Shown here piece after piece: positions 38,503 to 51,330 of a stretch of DNA of 64,000 bases. A program made the translations under genes and the position numbers. How positions within the stretch are numbered: position 1 is the stretch's first letter; the number at the start of each line of letters is the position of its first letter. Source of the stretch: Octopus sinensis (lineage: Eukaryota); assembly GCF_006345805.1 (NCBI RefSeq), contig NC_043017.1, positions 33,666,001-33,730,000 on the forward strand, written 5' to 3'. The notes below the pieces were generated by a model. That model saw nothing but the letters and a program-made list of their open reading frames with translations. It was not told where the DNA came from and ran no database searches.

Positions 38503-41008
38503 AAATGTTATGTATTGCCTGCATTTGAACATTGAACGTCAAGAAACGCAACTAGCTGAACTAGAATATTGTACTAGTTTTCCTAATTCCCTCCCGAATC
38601 TCGGCAGTAACCTTTATTTCTCTAAAATCCAGCAAGTCATGTCTCATCTAACACTGAATACACTATTGAAATGTTTATACTCAATGTGTAATACTAATCT
38701 GTTGGATAATCGGCGACTGAAGCGCCCTCTCACTTCTGCTGAAGGTTTGTTGACACCCAGCAGCGCTAAGGTCAAGACCTGCCGAAAGCCGTATGATCTT
38801 CCCGTGTGCCAACGGCCACCGAGTGGAGAAAGACTGACAAATATCCCACTGTACCTCTGCCAAGAAAACACCATGAGAAAATCAGAACGAGGTAACGCCA
38901 TTGATTCCTGCGATGGGTAACTCGCGCTTTACTGGGAAGACTGTCGTTGTAGTAATATCAACGCATTGCAAGAGTGTACGATACGTGACAATGACGAATA
39001 CCAATTCAGTCTGTACTGAATCAATTGTTCCTAAATAGTTTTAATGACTGCGGTTCTTTACAACACAAAGTTAAATATTAAGAACTTTAAGAAGATCAGA
39101 GTAGCTTTATATCAGCGGGCCCCGAAAAAGAGTGTACTTCTATCTGTGTACTGGCAATACTTAAATTAATACTTGCAACAGTTTAAGGTATATTTTGTAA
39201 TCATGGACATGCCAAAGAGATAATACAACATTGGAGTGACTAACTAATTGATAAGTAATTTGGCAATTTTACAGTTTTAATGCCAAGACAAGAGCGTCCT
39301 GGCCTATAATCAATCAATTTTTATCTGGTACAATTTGGATAAATAGTGTCACTTGTTTGACGTTGCTTAATTTGAAGTTATCCTTCTTATTGATTTTACA
39401 ATGCATCTGCAAGAATTACGTATAACACGATATCATCTTAATGTAAATTTTATTGTAAAGATATCAGTAAGATGCAACTCCTCTAAGACTTCAATCTGAA
39501 GTGTGTTGCATTAACCCTGTTTTTATTCCTTACCACCGAAAGTTTAGCATATTGGTAAGGCATAAAAAGATAGGGTTAATGATTGTATAAGAACTGTTAC
39601 TGGGAATTGTTTACTCAAGGAAGCATTCATTTTAAAATATAAATTTATTTCTAAAACTCTTCTCCACCAGCAACGCAGTAATGTATTAATTGAAATTGCT
39701 TTCGATAATGAGTTCGTCACGCTTTTTCCAATCCCATATCAACGTAAACATCACAACGAATAGAGAAGCATCGGATTTCTTCGCTGTAAGACCTAGATGT
39801 ATTGCTATTGTTTTCTATTTAGCAATGCTAACGGTTGTAATCTAAATTGAATTCTGTGGAAACGCATGGAATGCAGATTTAAATTTATCAATTAGTGATA
39901 AAATGCTTCTTCTCTTCTCAGGGCATTTGGTATTGCAATGCCGATAATTAATACAGTATTTCATATTCATCACGTAAAATAATGTTTCGGTTTAATGTTT
40001 CTTAATGTATGCCCTATTAGTATTCTGCTACTATCCTTTCATAAGATATGCGTGAGTACCACGTCTTTACGTTTCCTTATCTCAGAGTGCCACGCTTATA
40101 TTACAAACTACTTGAAATTTGAAAAGATGAAGCAAATTCACTACAATAGGAATCAAAATATATTTTCTGCGGAACTAATGAAGTACAACAGATATTTTCT
40201 TTTTCTGTTCTTCAGTGGTTTAAATTTAATTGCCTGCATTCACAAAAACTTTATGCGCTTAGAGCAAAAGAAGCCACTTTTGCGTCTTTGTGATTACTCT
40301 TGTACGTTTGTACTGAACGTTATTGTACGTAATATATACGTAATGTATTATTTTAGAAGCACTATTATCCTGTATACTGTGCATATTTATAAGTGCTTAG
40401 ATAAAGGGGTTTGTGTTGCATGTGCTTTGATTATTCAAAGGTTCTTTGTTTTAGTTTCAAATGTATGATAGAAGAACAACAAGCTCGGGGGATGGGTTAA
40501 GTCGATTAGATCGACTCCAGAGTTCAACTGGAATATATTTTACCGATCCCGAGGGGATGAAAGCAAAGTGGACCCCTCGACGTAATCTGAACTCAGAACA
40601 CAAAGACGGACGAAATGCCACTCAACATATTGCCCTGTGTGCTAACGACTCGGTCAGATCGCCGCCTTAAACGTTCCTTATATTATAAAAAAAATCGTTT
40701 GTTTTCATCCACCTCTCTGTTTCTAGATATTTAGCCACTTTATTCGTCCCTTTTTACTTCTTCGCGAAATATATTACCATCATTTGTAAGCGTAGCTTCG
40801 CCTCCCATCCTCTCACCTTGCTATCCTCCAGAATAAAAGCCGGCTAAAAATACTTAGATTACCTCATCTTTACATGGTGTTTAGGCCAGGGTATTGCCGA
40901 TTACTCTCGGAGATGTTTTCTAGTGTGTGCCATTACTATTAAGCACTAACTCGTCTGACGGAATGATCGTCTGCACCGGTGCCTAAAACAATCGTATGTA
41001 TATATATA

Positions 41009-41046
<38 letters not shown>

Positions 41047-41049
<3 letters not shown>

Positions 41050-41512
41050 AAGAGCAATAAAGATTCAAGTTAATTTAAATGAATTTACTTGAATATGGTA
41101 CCTAACTTAGATGCACCAAAAAAAAACTATACTGATTTAACAATACAGTAATGCGGGGTGATTTTGTCTTCTGTGAGTATATAATCCCTCATCATATCTC
41201 TGGAAATTCATATGTGCACTATGGATTAGGTCACCTTCTCTGTGATGCTATTAAAACTTTTTTAAAAATTCTGTGATAAGACTGTACATCATCTTTAAAG
41301 AACTTTAGTGATCTTTAGAAATCTGTTTAATTATCTACATTACTTCATGAGTATAGCCTCAAACACTAGGATGTCTAGAGAACTCACATGTATTTTAGCT
41401 GATGAGTACGGGACTCGTTTATATGCTGTAATCTTTGCAACTTTTAATAAAACCTGTCCTTGTATGAAACGATCGTACTAAAAACCTATCCATTCTTGTT
41501 GCTTCTTTCTCG
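41047..41512 (+). mobile_element. ~465 bp non-coding HHR-bearing unit embedded in (TA)n
   Basis: Unique sequence bounded by (TA)n on both sides, with an intact HHR near its right end. Confidence 0.55.
41393..41483 (+). ncRNA. Type I hammerhead ribozyme with long loop II and palindromic stem III
   Basis: TTTTAG-CTGATGA-GTAC-GGGAC...GTCCT-t-GTAT-GAAAC-GATC-GTA-CTAAAA. Stem I is 6 bp, stem II is ~9 bp, stem III is ACGATCGT, and the predicted cut is after A41477. Confidence 0.8.
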
Positions 41513-41551
<39 letters not shown>

Positions 41552-41739
41552 TATATATATATTATATATATAATATATATATATATATTATATATAAATT
41601 GGGAGAAGAGCCGTCAAGAAACCAAACGGCAAGCGTGTTAAATGTAGCTTGGTTTTTTAACTGCCTTTCTCCCCCTCTATATACATATGTGTGTGTATGT
41701 ATGTATGTGTCTCTGTATGTATGTATGCATGTATGCATG

Positions 41740-41783
<44 letters not shown>

Positions 41784-41899
41784 ATATATACATACATACA
41801 TACATATATATATTATATATATACATACTACATATATATATACAGCATATATAAAGATGTAAGAACTTACAGTAGTCAAGGTTGCGTGGCGTTCGATTA

Positions 41900-42200
41900 T
41901 AAATACTTCGACGTTTCCTTCTCCTTGTTCCGATTCTTCCTTTTCGCCTTCTTTATTTCGTTTTCCTCCCCCTCATTCCCTTTCTCCTCCCGATTTTCAT
42001 AGTACCCACGCTCTTCATCCCCCGTCACATGACTTCTTCCCCACAGTCCCATCCTGCGTACACACTTTTAATTTGTTTCCTTTTTATTTCCTCCCGATAC
42101 TTTCCCTACAGCAAAGGTCTGATAGACGCAGAGTTTATTAGCATGACTTTGATGCAAGTCTGAGGAAGTGCCAATCCAATGCCCAAAGCCGCTTACATTA
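41900..42200 (+). repeat. Unclassified repeat, with a second copy at ~45290-45570
   Basis: Shared ccttgttccgattcttcc, cacttttaattt and cccgatacttt..aggtctgataga..gcatga blocks. Confidence 0.6.
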
Positions 42201-42284
42201 CGTAATGTCTCTTTCTATATAATAATAATAACAATAATAATAATAATAATAAAATAATAATAATAAACGGATATTATTATTATT

Positions 42285-42750
42285 ATAAAAGATCAGACAA
42301 AAATGATGTGTTTATTAATTGACATGAGCATTCCTTGCGATCACAATATGGCGGCGAAAGAATTTGACAAGATTAGTAAATATAAAGACTTGCTAATAGA
42401 AATAGAAGAAATGTGGCATCTCAAGGCGACTACAGTACCAGTGATTGTAGGATCTCTATGAATGATAAAAAAAAGGTACTGAAACCTATCTGAATGTGAT
42501 TCCAGGCTTACCATCCCTACAGGAAGTGCAAAAAATCGTGTTAACTGGAACGGCTCATGTATGAGAAGAGCACTATCGCTGTGAAAACAACATCCATTCA
42601 TGAATTTATGTTATTTATTATTTTTAATACATATTTTATCTGTGAATTTGCGCGTGTGTAATCTGGGATGCATACAATGAGCTTTCTTGCCCTTGGTGTA
42701 TAGAAAACACTCGTGAGAAACGGAAAAACATTTGAAGAAAAGAAGGAAAA
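42285..42750 (+). mobile_element. R4/Dong-like RLE 3' fragment 1, in (TAA)n
   Basis: CLLIDMSIPCD..KISKYKDL..MWHLKATTVPVIVGSL..EVQKIVLTGTAH, followed by a (TAA)n tail. Confidence 0.8.
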
Positions 42751-42783
42751 TAATAATATAATAATAATAATAATATAATAATA

Positions 42784-42860
<77 letters not shown>

Positions 42861-42862
42861 CT

Positions 42863-43490
42863 CTAGCTTCCCAGTCCTGGCTAAGAAGGAATATATTCAC
42901 AGACATGACAGAGTTGGAACCTACATACATTGGAAGCTATGCCAACATTATGGAATAACACCAACAAAAAAAGATGGTATAGGCACACACCAGAAAAGGT
43001 CACAGAAAAAGAGAAAGCAAACCATACTCTGGGATATGCCGATACACCAGATAGAGAAATTACGGCCAACAGACCAGATATAGTTGTCAGAGATCATGAA
43101 GAAAAAATGCTTTCTAATTGATGTATCAATACCGGCAGAGATGACAACGTGTCTCTAAAAGAAATGGAGAAACTCTCAAAATACAAAGACCGGAAATAGA
43201 GAGGTAACTAGAATGTGGAATCTGAAAACAGAAAACAATTCCTATCATAGTAGGTGCATTAGGCATGATAAAAAAATATTCAGACAAATACATAACAAAA
43301 ACACAGGACTTACAAACACATATAACATACAGAAAATTGCACTACTAGGCACTGCAACACATCCTACGCAGAACACTTTCCATACAATACCCATCAGAGC
43401 ATCACAACAAATCACAGCACATACCCAAGGCACACAGAGCTGCGCTCGGTAGTGAAGTGAAGCACGCTATAAAAATAAAACTACTGAATA
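42863..43490 (+). mobile_element. R4/Dong-like RLE 3' fragment 2, in (TAA)n
   Basis: EYIHRHDRVGTYIHWKLC, ILWDM, ANRPDIVV, LIDVSIP, KLSKYKD and IQKIALLGTA, followed by a (TAA)n tail. Confidence 0.85.
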
Positions 43491-43530
43491 ATAATAATAA
43501 TAATAATAACAACAACAACAACAACAAAAT

Positions 43531-44258
43531 GAAATCATTGATCATGTCTCCAAGTGCAGTCTCCTTGCGCCTACAAAGTATCTCAACAGGCATGAGAGAT
43601 CTGCACAATATATTCACTGCGTAATTTGCAAAAGCCTGGACATGCCCCATGATAAAAACTGGTGGGAACACAAACCACCTCCAGTGCTTGAAAATGATCA
43701 CATCTCACTCCTCTGGGACTTCACTATTACAACTAACAGAAATATAGATGCGAATAGTCCAGACATAATATTGAAAAACATCAGACAAAAATCATGCCTC
43801 CTCATTGATATGACTGCCCCAATCGAAATAAACGTATCTGTCATGACCTACCAAAAACTGAGCAAATATAAAGATCTCGAAAGAGAAATCAGCAAAATGT
43901 GGAACCTGAAGACTAAAACAATACCCGTTGTCATAGATGTCATTGGAATGATAGCAAAAGGGGCTGATTGCTGCCTAAGTCAGATACCAGGAAACCCTAA
44001 AATGGCAGAAATTCAAAAGATAGTGCTCATGGGAACTGCGCATATCCTACGCAAAATACTTTCTATGTAATCTCAAGTTTTAAAACAAACATAATTTTCG
44101 TATGGTTTTTTAGGCATTCACTAGTACAACACTAAATACAAAACCAAATATATGGTACCCTAGGCATAACACCAACATGAACTTCCAACTTGTCTCTTGA
44201 GGTCTCTGGATGAGACTTGGAGCCAGCTTGTGCAAATGTAAAACAAAAGTCAAACATA

Positions 44259-44262
<4 letters not shown>
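43531..44262 (+). mobile_element. R4/Dong-like RLE 3' fragment 3, with an open C-terminal ORF (to 44070) and 3' UTR
   Basis: CCHC remnant (DHVSKC..YLNRH), LLWDF, NSPDII..LIDM (PD-(D/E)xK nuclease), KLSKYKDL and MGTAHILRK, followed by (TAA)n. Confidence 0.88.
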
Positions 44263-44305
<43 letters not shown>

Positions 44306-44994
44306 TAATAATAATAATAATAATATAATAATAATAATAATAATAATAAGGATTCTTGAGAGAATCCTTATTGCTTGAATGATATGCACCAAGTAGGGTT
44401 GGTTAACCTGTGATCACGACATTTAGTCGAATTAAAGTCCTGTTAAATATTCAGGTTGTACAGAGAGAGAAAAAATACGCCGCTAGGCGTGTTCTTCACA
44501 GCGTTTATGGAGTGTTCTTATATGATTTTGAAATTATAGGTATCATCTGATAAATACAGTTTCATGCAATGATGTAATGTACTCATTCACCTATTAAAAT
44601 CCGAAACAAACAGCTGTAATGAACTGACATTTATCCATCGTCTGTTATTATTCATTTCATTATATAATAAAAAAAATAATAAACATAGTGTACAGGACAT
44701 CACCAACGAGTGAAAAATACGTAAACACACGAGAGATAAGTACAGGTCAAAATGCCAAAAACATACGCTATATGTACAGGGTATTACAAAAGAAGATACC
44801 TCCTCATCAGTTGTCGGACTGTTTATTACTCCTTATTTCGTGCTTTTAACGACTATATAGGGAAATCTCATGAGACAGCAGCATCCATAAATTTTCAAAA
44901 TATAAAATTCATTGAGAGTTAGAGCTTGGAACGATCTAACAATGACAGAGTGGACTTACAGAGTCCACTAGATGTTGACACATGCCCATCTTTC

Positions 44995-45136
44995 TTCTTG
45001 CTGTAGTTCTTGTTCTTCTTTTTCGTCTTCTTCTTCTTCTTTTTCTTTTTCTTCTTTTTCTTCTTCTTCCTCTTCTTCTTCTTCTTCTTCCTTTACTTCT
45101 CCTTCTTCTTCTTTTTCTTCTTCTTCTTCTTCTTCT

Positions 45137-45167
<31 letters not shown>

Positions 45168-45260
45168 TTTCTTTTTCTTCTTCTTCTCCTCTTTCTCCTC
45201 CGCCTCCTTCTCCTCCGCCTCCTTCTTCTTCTATTTATTCTTCTTCTTCTTCTTCTCCTT
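44995..45260. repeat. (TTC)n-rich pyrimidine tract
   Basis: Direct tandem repeat. Confidence 0.95.
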
Positions 45261-46592
45261 CCTCTTTTTTACTCCTTTTTCCTTCTTCCCCTATTCCTTC
45301 GTTTCCTTTTCCTTGTTCCGATTCTTCCCTTTCACCATTTTCCATTTCATTTTCCTCTCCCTCTTTCCCTTTCTCCCCTATCTTCACACGTATCTATGTT
45401 CTTGACACTCCGCATCACATAATTTATTCCCCGCAGCCCAGTCCCACATACGCACTTTTAATTTTTGTCCTTTTTACTTCCCCCCCGATACTTTCATTAC
45501 AACAAGGTCTGATAGAAGCACAATGTAATAGCATGAGCTTGATACAAGTTTGAGGAATTGCCACTCTAATTATATTACATAATTTTTCTGTTAGAATTTT
45601 CACGCAAACTGGCGTGGCAAATGGAAAAGGTACGGAAACACGTGTAACTTATAATTAAAGATGTGTTAAAGAATTTTTTCTTTGTTTTTACTGTATATAT
45701 ATATACATATATATATATATATGACAGCGCTTTGCGTCGGGTTCGTTTGAATTTTTGATTTTTCGAATTCTCACTTCGTTCCGTCTCATTCCTCCCAGTT
45801 TGTTTTACAGTTTACTACAATGACGCGAAATTCTCTCCCTTTGCTTTGCCCCCCCCTCTCTCTTTCTCTCTCTGCCTCACCCTTCTCTCTAGCCGCGTGT
45901 CTTCCTCTATCTGTCTCTCTCTCTCTCTCTCTATCCAATTCCTCCTCACTTTCGTCACTGCTAATCCTTTCGGCTGTTGCATTCAGGCCTTAAGGTCATG
46001 TTTCCCAGCGCTCGCCAGTTACCTTCTCGTCCCCGCCAGAACAAAGGCCTTCGTTCGTCTTTTTCGTTTGTTCTCTTGTTTATTTTGATTTCTCGTATTG
46101 TAATTTAATTCTCGTTTTGTATTTTCTTGTACATGTATCTTTAATTTTGTATTTTTTTCTTGTATTTTTTGTGCAGTTCTTTGTTACGTCCCTTTTTGTG
46201 TTACATTTTTTTTTGCTCGTTTTACCCCTCTACGAGGTCATTTTATTTTAATTCTCTCGTAGGAAGGCCAAGCATGATCAGACGTGCCCTGTCTTGCCTT
46301 CGAAACACGCTATGTCTGCTAGCGACAGCTGATGAAGGGGATTTTTCCTTGTGCAGCATGTCCTGTACTTCGTTTTTCTGCTGTACATAATAGTTTTTCC
46401 CGTTTTCGTTTTCGTCTTGTTCCCCGTCTCTATCCTTCTGTTGTAACAAAATGGCTTTTCCGTTTTCGTTTCTGTTGATTTTTACGTCTTGTAGTGTCCT
46501 GTACGTATATATATTTATATATGTATATATACATGTAGATGTCGGTACGTACATATATGTTTGTATGTATGCATATATTTTATTTATTACAC

Positions 46593-46625
<33 letters not shown>

Positions 46626-46630
46626 TATAT

Positions 46631-47663
46631 ATTAGAAGAAATAAGGTACTCAGAAATCTGGATGGTTTTATATTTACAGATATTTCTTAATATGTCTCAT
46701 GTTTTTATAAATCATATATATTAGCGCCTGCGTTCACTCTGGTGGAGTCTTCAGATGAATTTGTTTCAAGACTTTTGTCTCTTTTTATTGTATTATTGCA
46801 TGTGTAGGTGTGGAGAGAGATATATATTAGTGCAAGAGGGTGAAGGATGGGGAGAAAGTGAGAGAGAGTGCGTGCGTGTGTGTGTGCTTTTGTATCTGAA
46901 AGGTGTGTCAATGGAAAAGAGAAGGAAAGGGAACGGGAGGAGAGAAAGGAGAAAAAATATGTTTGCTTTTATACAGCTGGTCAATTCCACAATTGTGTGG
47001 AGATCACACAACTCAGAACTCCAAAAAAGAAAAACAAAGAAAATATAATCCCTTTCACAAATACTCACAACCCTGGAGTTACCAACCTGTTTCAGATCAT
47101 ACATTCAATCTTACCAATAGTCCTACAAAGCCCCAAAATGGGAAACATATTAAACAAATATTGCATAAAAAACAGTAAACGCCAAGACGAAAACCTGAAG
47201 AAACAACTAACAAGAGCGAAATTCTCATCAGAGACTAAAACCGAATTATTTGTAAAAGAGTGTGGAGATGGTAGATGTGGGATCTGCAAGACGCAGAACG
47301 TAATATGCTGCATAACCTGTCCCACATGCAAGGAGGATTATATAGGCGAAACTGGAAATTCTTTATGCCAACGAGCCAGAATTCCCCGACAACATGTCCG
47401 ACGGGAGGAACTGCGAGAGATTCCACTGAGTAAACACTTAGTAAACACTTAGATACATGTGGAGAAGGAAAATTTAAGACCATTTCCTTCTATGAGTGAA
47501 CAAGGAATGACACCTCCTTCAGGAAAAATATGGAAATATACTTCATAACAAAGTTCTCCCCCAAACTTAAAGGCTGAAAATATTTCTTTGATAATTTGTA
47601 CTAGATGAAGGACCAATTTTGTAAAGTAAATTGTATTAAACATACACATACACAGTACTATAC

Positions 47664-47699
<36 letters not shown>

Positions 47700-48345
47700 C
47701 AGCACGGGAATCAAACATTGGATTGAAAGAATTGAACAGCGGTATATATGTCAACACAATTATTACTACTTCCTCTCTTCCTTCTTTTCTTTCAATCTCT
47801 TTTCCCTTGACAGTCCTTTCAGATACAGAGGCACAACACCCCACCCACACACACGCACACGCTCTCTCACAAGACAATGGTAAAAAGAAATCCAGACAAT
47901 TTTTTTGAAAATTAACATTTATGCCCCCTTGGAGTAACCACCTGGGTTTGCCATTTCTAAAAGTCAAGAACCACTTTCAATTGAAAGAACTGACCAGCTG
48001 TATAAAAGTAAACACATTTTCTTCTTTCTCTCTTCCTTCTTCCTTTCCTTCTCTTTTCCATTGACCTCCTCTTTCAGCCACAGAAGCACACACGCGCGTG
48101 TGCGCGCGCACACTCTCTCACTTTCTCCCCATCCCTCACCCTCTTGTACTATCTTATATCTCTCTGCATCCCTACATGCTCAATAATACTGTAAAAATAG
48201 ACAATAGTCCTGAAAAATTTCAATCTGAAGACTCCACTAGAGTGGACGCAAGCGCTAATATATGATTTATAAAACATGTGACACATTAATAAATGTCTGT
48301 AAATATAAAACCATCCAGATTTCTGAATACCTTATTTCTCCTAAT
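46631..48345 (+). mobile_element. Older 5'-truncated Penelope-like element with inverted pseudo-LTRs (46631-46983 / 47991-48345)
   Basis: The arms are diverged reverse complements that enclose a GIY-YIG fragment. Each carries a decayed HHR (46720-46756 on -, 48223-48259 on +). Confidence 0.85.
47040..47577 (+). pseudogene. PLE linker plus GIY-YIG endonuclease, degraded
   Basis: IPFTNTHNP..SKRQDENLKKQLTRAKF..CGDGRCGIC..NVICCITCPTCKEDYIGETG..R..H..PLSKH / CGEGKFK..FYE*..E.YFITKFSPKL. Confidence 0.88.
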
Positions 48346-48733
48346 ATATAACATACCTGTACATCATCTCCAAACCTTCTGAAATATGAGCGAGAGAGGT
48401 AACATATGATTTACTAATAAATAGCTTCATATTTCAGAGAACGTCATTGTGTATACACAGACGTAGCATGTAGCAATAAGGAAATTTGTAACTAAGCGCC
48501 AAAGTAGAAATCTTATTAATTCAATTTGTAATTGGGTAAGGAAACCAGACAATCCACAATGCTTTTGCACAGCTCTTTAAACGGCTTCTGAGACTAAATT
48601 ACAAAACACTGAAATTCCCATTATTGTACTCCTGTAAAATAATGGGAATTTTGAGGTAGACGTATTTGACTTAATACTCTTTCCGAATATGATGTCCTTG
48701 TGCCAAAATTTGAAATCAATATATTGCATAAAA

Positions 48734-48734
<1 letters not shown>

Positions 48735-48805
<71 letters not shown>

Positions 48806-48806
48806 G

Positions 48807-48842
<36 letters not shown>
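48735..48842. repeat. (TCTA)n microsatellite
   Basis: Direct tandem repeat. Confidence 0.95.
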
Positions 48843-48843
<1 letters not shown>

Positions 48844-49450
48844 ACAAGAAAATTCCCATTGTTGTACAGATGTAACTTAGGTAATGGAAAGTATGCGTTA
48901 ACATTTGCGTAAGCAACGAACTTTTCACAATGGTTTTTCATATTCCGCCCCTTATGCTTAGCTCTTAACAATCCAACACATTCCACCTGTATATTCTCAT
49001 TACTCTATCCATCCATCGATCTTCAAAACTCCTAAACGTATATCTATATAAATCGATCAATCTATGAATATAGAAATATTAACGGAAACAGGTTGATATG
49101 CATTAGAAAGTGGAATTCGAAAATTAAATAAGAATTTCTTATTGAAAACTTATATAAACTTCAAGATTTTACATCATTACAGACAACAGCATACACATAG
49201 ACACACAGTCATGTGCGTATGCATATGCATGTGAGCGTGTGTGTGTCTCTGTGTATGTGTGTGTCTCTGTGTATGTGTGTGTCTCTGTGTATGTGTGTGT
49301 CTCTGTGTATGTGTGTGTAGAAGCTACTGGTAATTTATATAATTTTCATATATGTAATGCATTTATTTGTATTTATATAATAATTTTATATACTGGTATA
49401 CACCTGTAGTATAACGAGTCTATATGAATACCGTTTCCTATCTTTCTTAT

Positions 49451-49620
49451 AGGCGCAACCGTGGCTCTGTGATAAGAAGTTTGCTCCCCGGCTGCAGTAT
49501 TCGGAATTCAGTCCCACTGCGTGGTACCTTGGGCAAGTGTCTTCTACTATAGCCTCAGGCTGACCTAAGTTGTGTGAATGGATTTGGTATACAGAAACTG
49601 AAAGACGCCCGTCGTATATA
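49451..49620 (+). mobile_element. SINE family A head
   Basis: aggcgc..gtggct..gaattcagtcccactgcgtgg..ccttgggcaagtg. Confidence 0.8.
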
Positions 49621-49646
49621 TGTATATATCTGTGGTATGGTGTGTG

Positions 49647-49926
49647 TGACCGACCAGGCTATCAGATGTTGTTACATATCGCTGGTCACAATGCACTCAT
49701 TGTTTTAGCCTTCAAATGACGCCACCCCGCTGGCTAAGCGAGCAGGCCAACAGAAGAAAGAGTGAGAGAAAGTTGTACAGCAGGGATCGCCACCACCCCC
49801 TGCCGGAGATTCGTGGAGCTTTTTAGCTGTTTTCGCTCAATAAACACTCACAATGCCCGGTCTGGGAACCGAAACTGCGATCTTACGACCGCGAGTCCGC
49901 TGCCCTAACCACTGGGCCATTGCGCC
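49647..49926 (-). mobile_element. SINE family C variant
   Basis: Minus-strand head ggcgcaatggcccagtggttagggcagcggactcgcgg..gtttcggttccc and the central ccacaactttctctcactct-like block. Confidence 0.85.
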
Positions 49927-50031
49927 CACACACACACTCATATATATATAAGTATGTATATATATGTATATATATATATATGTGTGTGTATGTGTATGTA
50001 TATATATATATATATATGTGTGTATGTGTAT

Positions 50032-50062
<31 letters not shown>

Positions 50063-50803
50063 CACACACACACACACACAAATTTTTGTTTTTCAGTTTC
50101 AATGTAATATTAACCAAATTTGCTGGAAATGTTGTGTCATCCGTTAAGAAGTTACGATACATATTAACAATTACGCCTCCGTAATGACATTTATGACTTC
50201 TTCTAGTTTACATTTCATCTCTTAACCGACGTCCCTCTCCAAAATCCATTCAGTGCAATACATTCGGTTGTCGACCAGATTTGTAATGTTTCTGAATTTT
50301 GTAATATATTATTAATGATAGACAGTCTATGAAAACTTTTAACGCACATTGCTATAGTTTCGTGAGCTTATATATTATTTTTAGAAGTCGTTAATCTAAT
50401 CTATCATAAAGCTATATTTGATTCATATAATACATTCTGTGTGATTAGTTTATTTTATGTTTATCGCATTCTGTAAGTTGAGTTTGTTTCTATACTTCTC
50501 TATAGTATGGTCTCGTAAATTATTCGGATATCATTTATTGCCTAGTATTTAATTTATTGTGGTATTCACTTCTCTTTTTTTTGCATTCTAATGAGGCTTG
50601 TCTACATTGAAAACACATAACAAAGGCTGATAATAAAGACTTCACGCAGAAAATAATAAAGCGAAGATGCACAACTGTCAGTGCTTAGAACTTCAGACTT
50701 TCAAAATAATGATAAAAACCGCATAGAAAACGATGGAGTATCTTTCATGAAAAAAGAAAGCGAAACACAATCATGATTTAATTATATATTCAGAAACAAA
50801 CAT

Positions 50804-51098
50804 GGAGGCACATGGCCAAGTGGTTAGAGCAGCAGACTCGCGGTCGAGGGATCGCGGGTTCGAATCTTAGACCGGGCGATGTGTGTGCTTATGAGCGAAA
50901 CACCTAAGCTCCACGCGGCTCCAGCAGAAGGTAATGGCCAACTTCTGCTGACGCTTTCGCCACAACTTTCTCTCACTCTTTCCTGCTGCATCTTGCAACT
51001 CACCTGCGACGGACCGGCGTCCCGTCCAGGTGGGGAACCTATACGCCAAGGAAACCGGGAAACCGGCCCTAATGAGCCAGTCATGGCTCGAGAAGGAA
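50804..51098 (+). mobile_element. SINE family C, full-length, 13 bp TSD
   Basis: A box tggccaagtgg and B box ggttcgaatc. TSD cagaaacaaacat at 50791-50803 and 51099-51111. Confidence 0.9.
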
Positions 51099-51147
51099 CA
51101 GAAACAAACATATAAGAAATATATACTTACATATATAGGCAAATATA

Positions 51148-51330
51148 CGTGGTTTGATCAATAAGTAACCGGGCTGTTACCATAGTAACGAAGCTGAAGC
51201 ACGCAGAGTAAAGCCGCTAGGCACAGATTGACCTTAAACTCTGCTATGCATGCGCGCTAAGTTTTAACGTTCTCGCTCACTTCCGGTGTTTATAGCAGCA
51301 CTTAGAAAGAAGGTGTGTAGCGTGTGATCG
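51148..51330 (+). mobile_element. Probable 5' end of a mariner-type element
   Basis: TA-cgtggtttgatcaataagta.. resembles mariner TIRs. No partner TIR was found. Confidence 0.4.

Noticed and set aside
39995-40468. 157 aa plus-strand ORF
   Set aside because: AT-rich composition with no recognisable motif or convincing exon boundaries; probably a chance ORF.
41600-41645. AGAAGA-GCCGT..ACGGC hairpin resembling an HHR stem II
   Set aside because: Both core segments are broken; it cannot be distinguished from a chance hairpin.
44972-45553. Overlapping poly-Ser/Leu/Phe ORFs
   Set aside because: Translations of the (TTC)n tract.
50804-50876. tRNA-like sequences at SINE heads as tRNA genes
   Set aside because: They have A and B boxes but no complete cloverleaf, and they continue into SINE bodies with TSDs.
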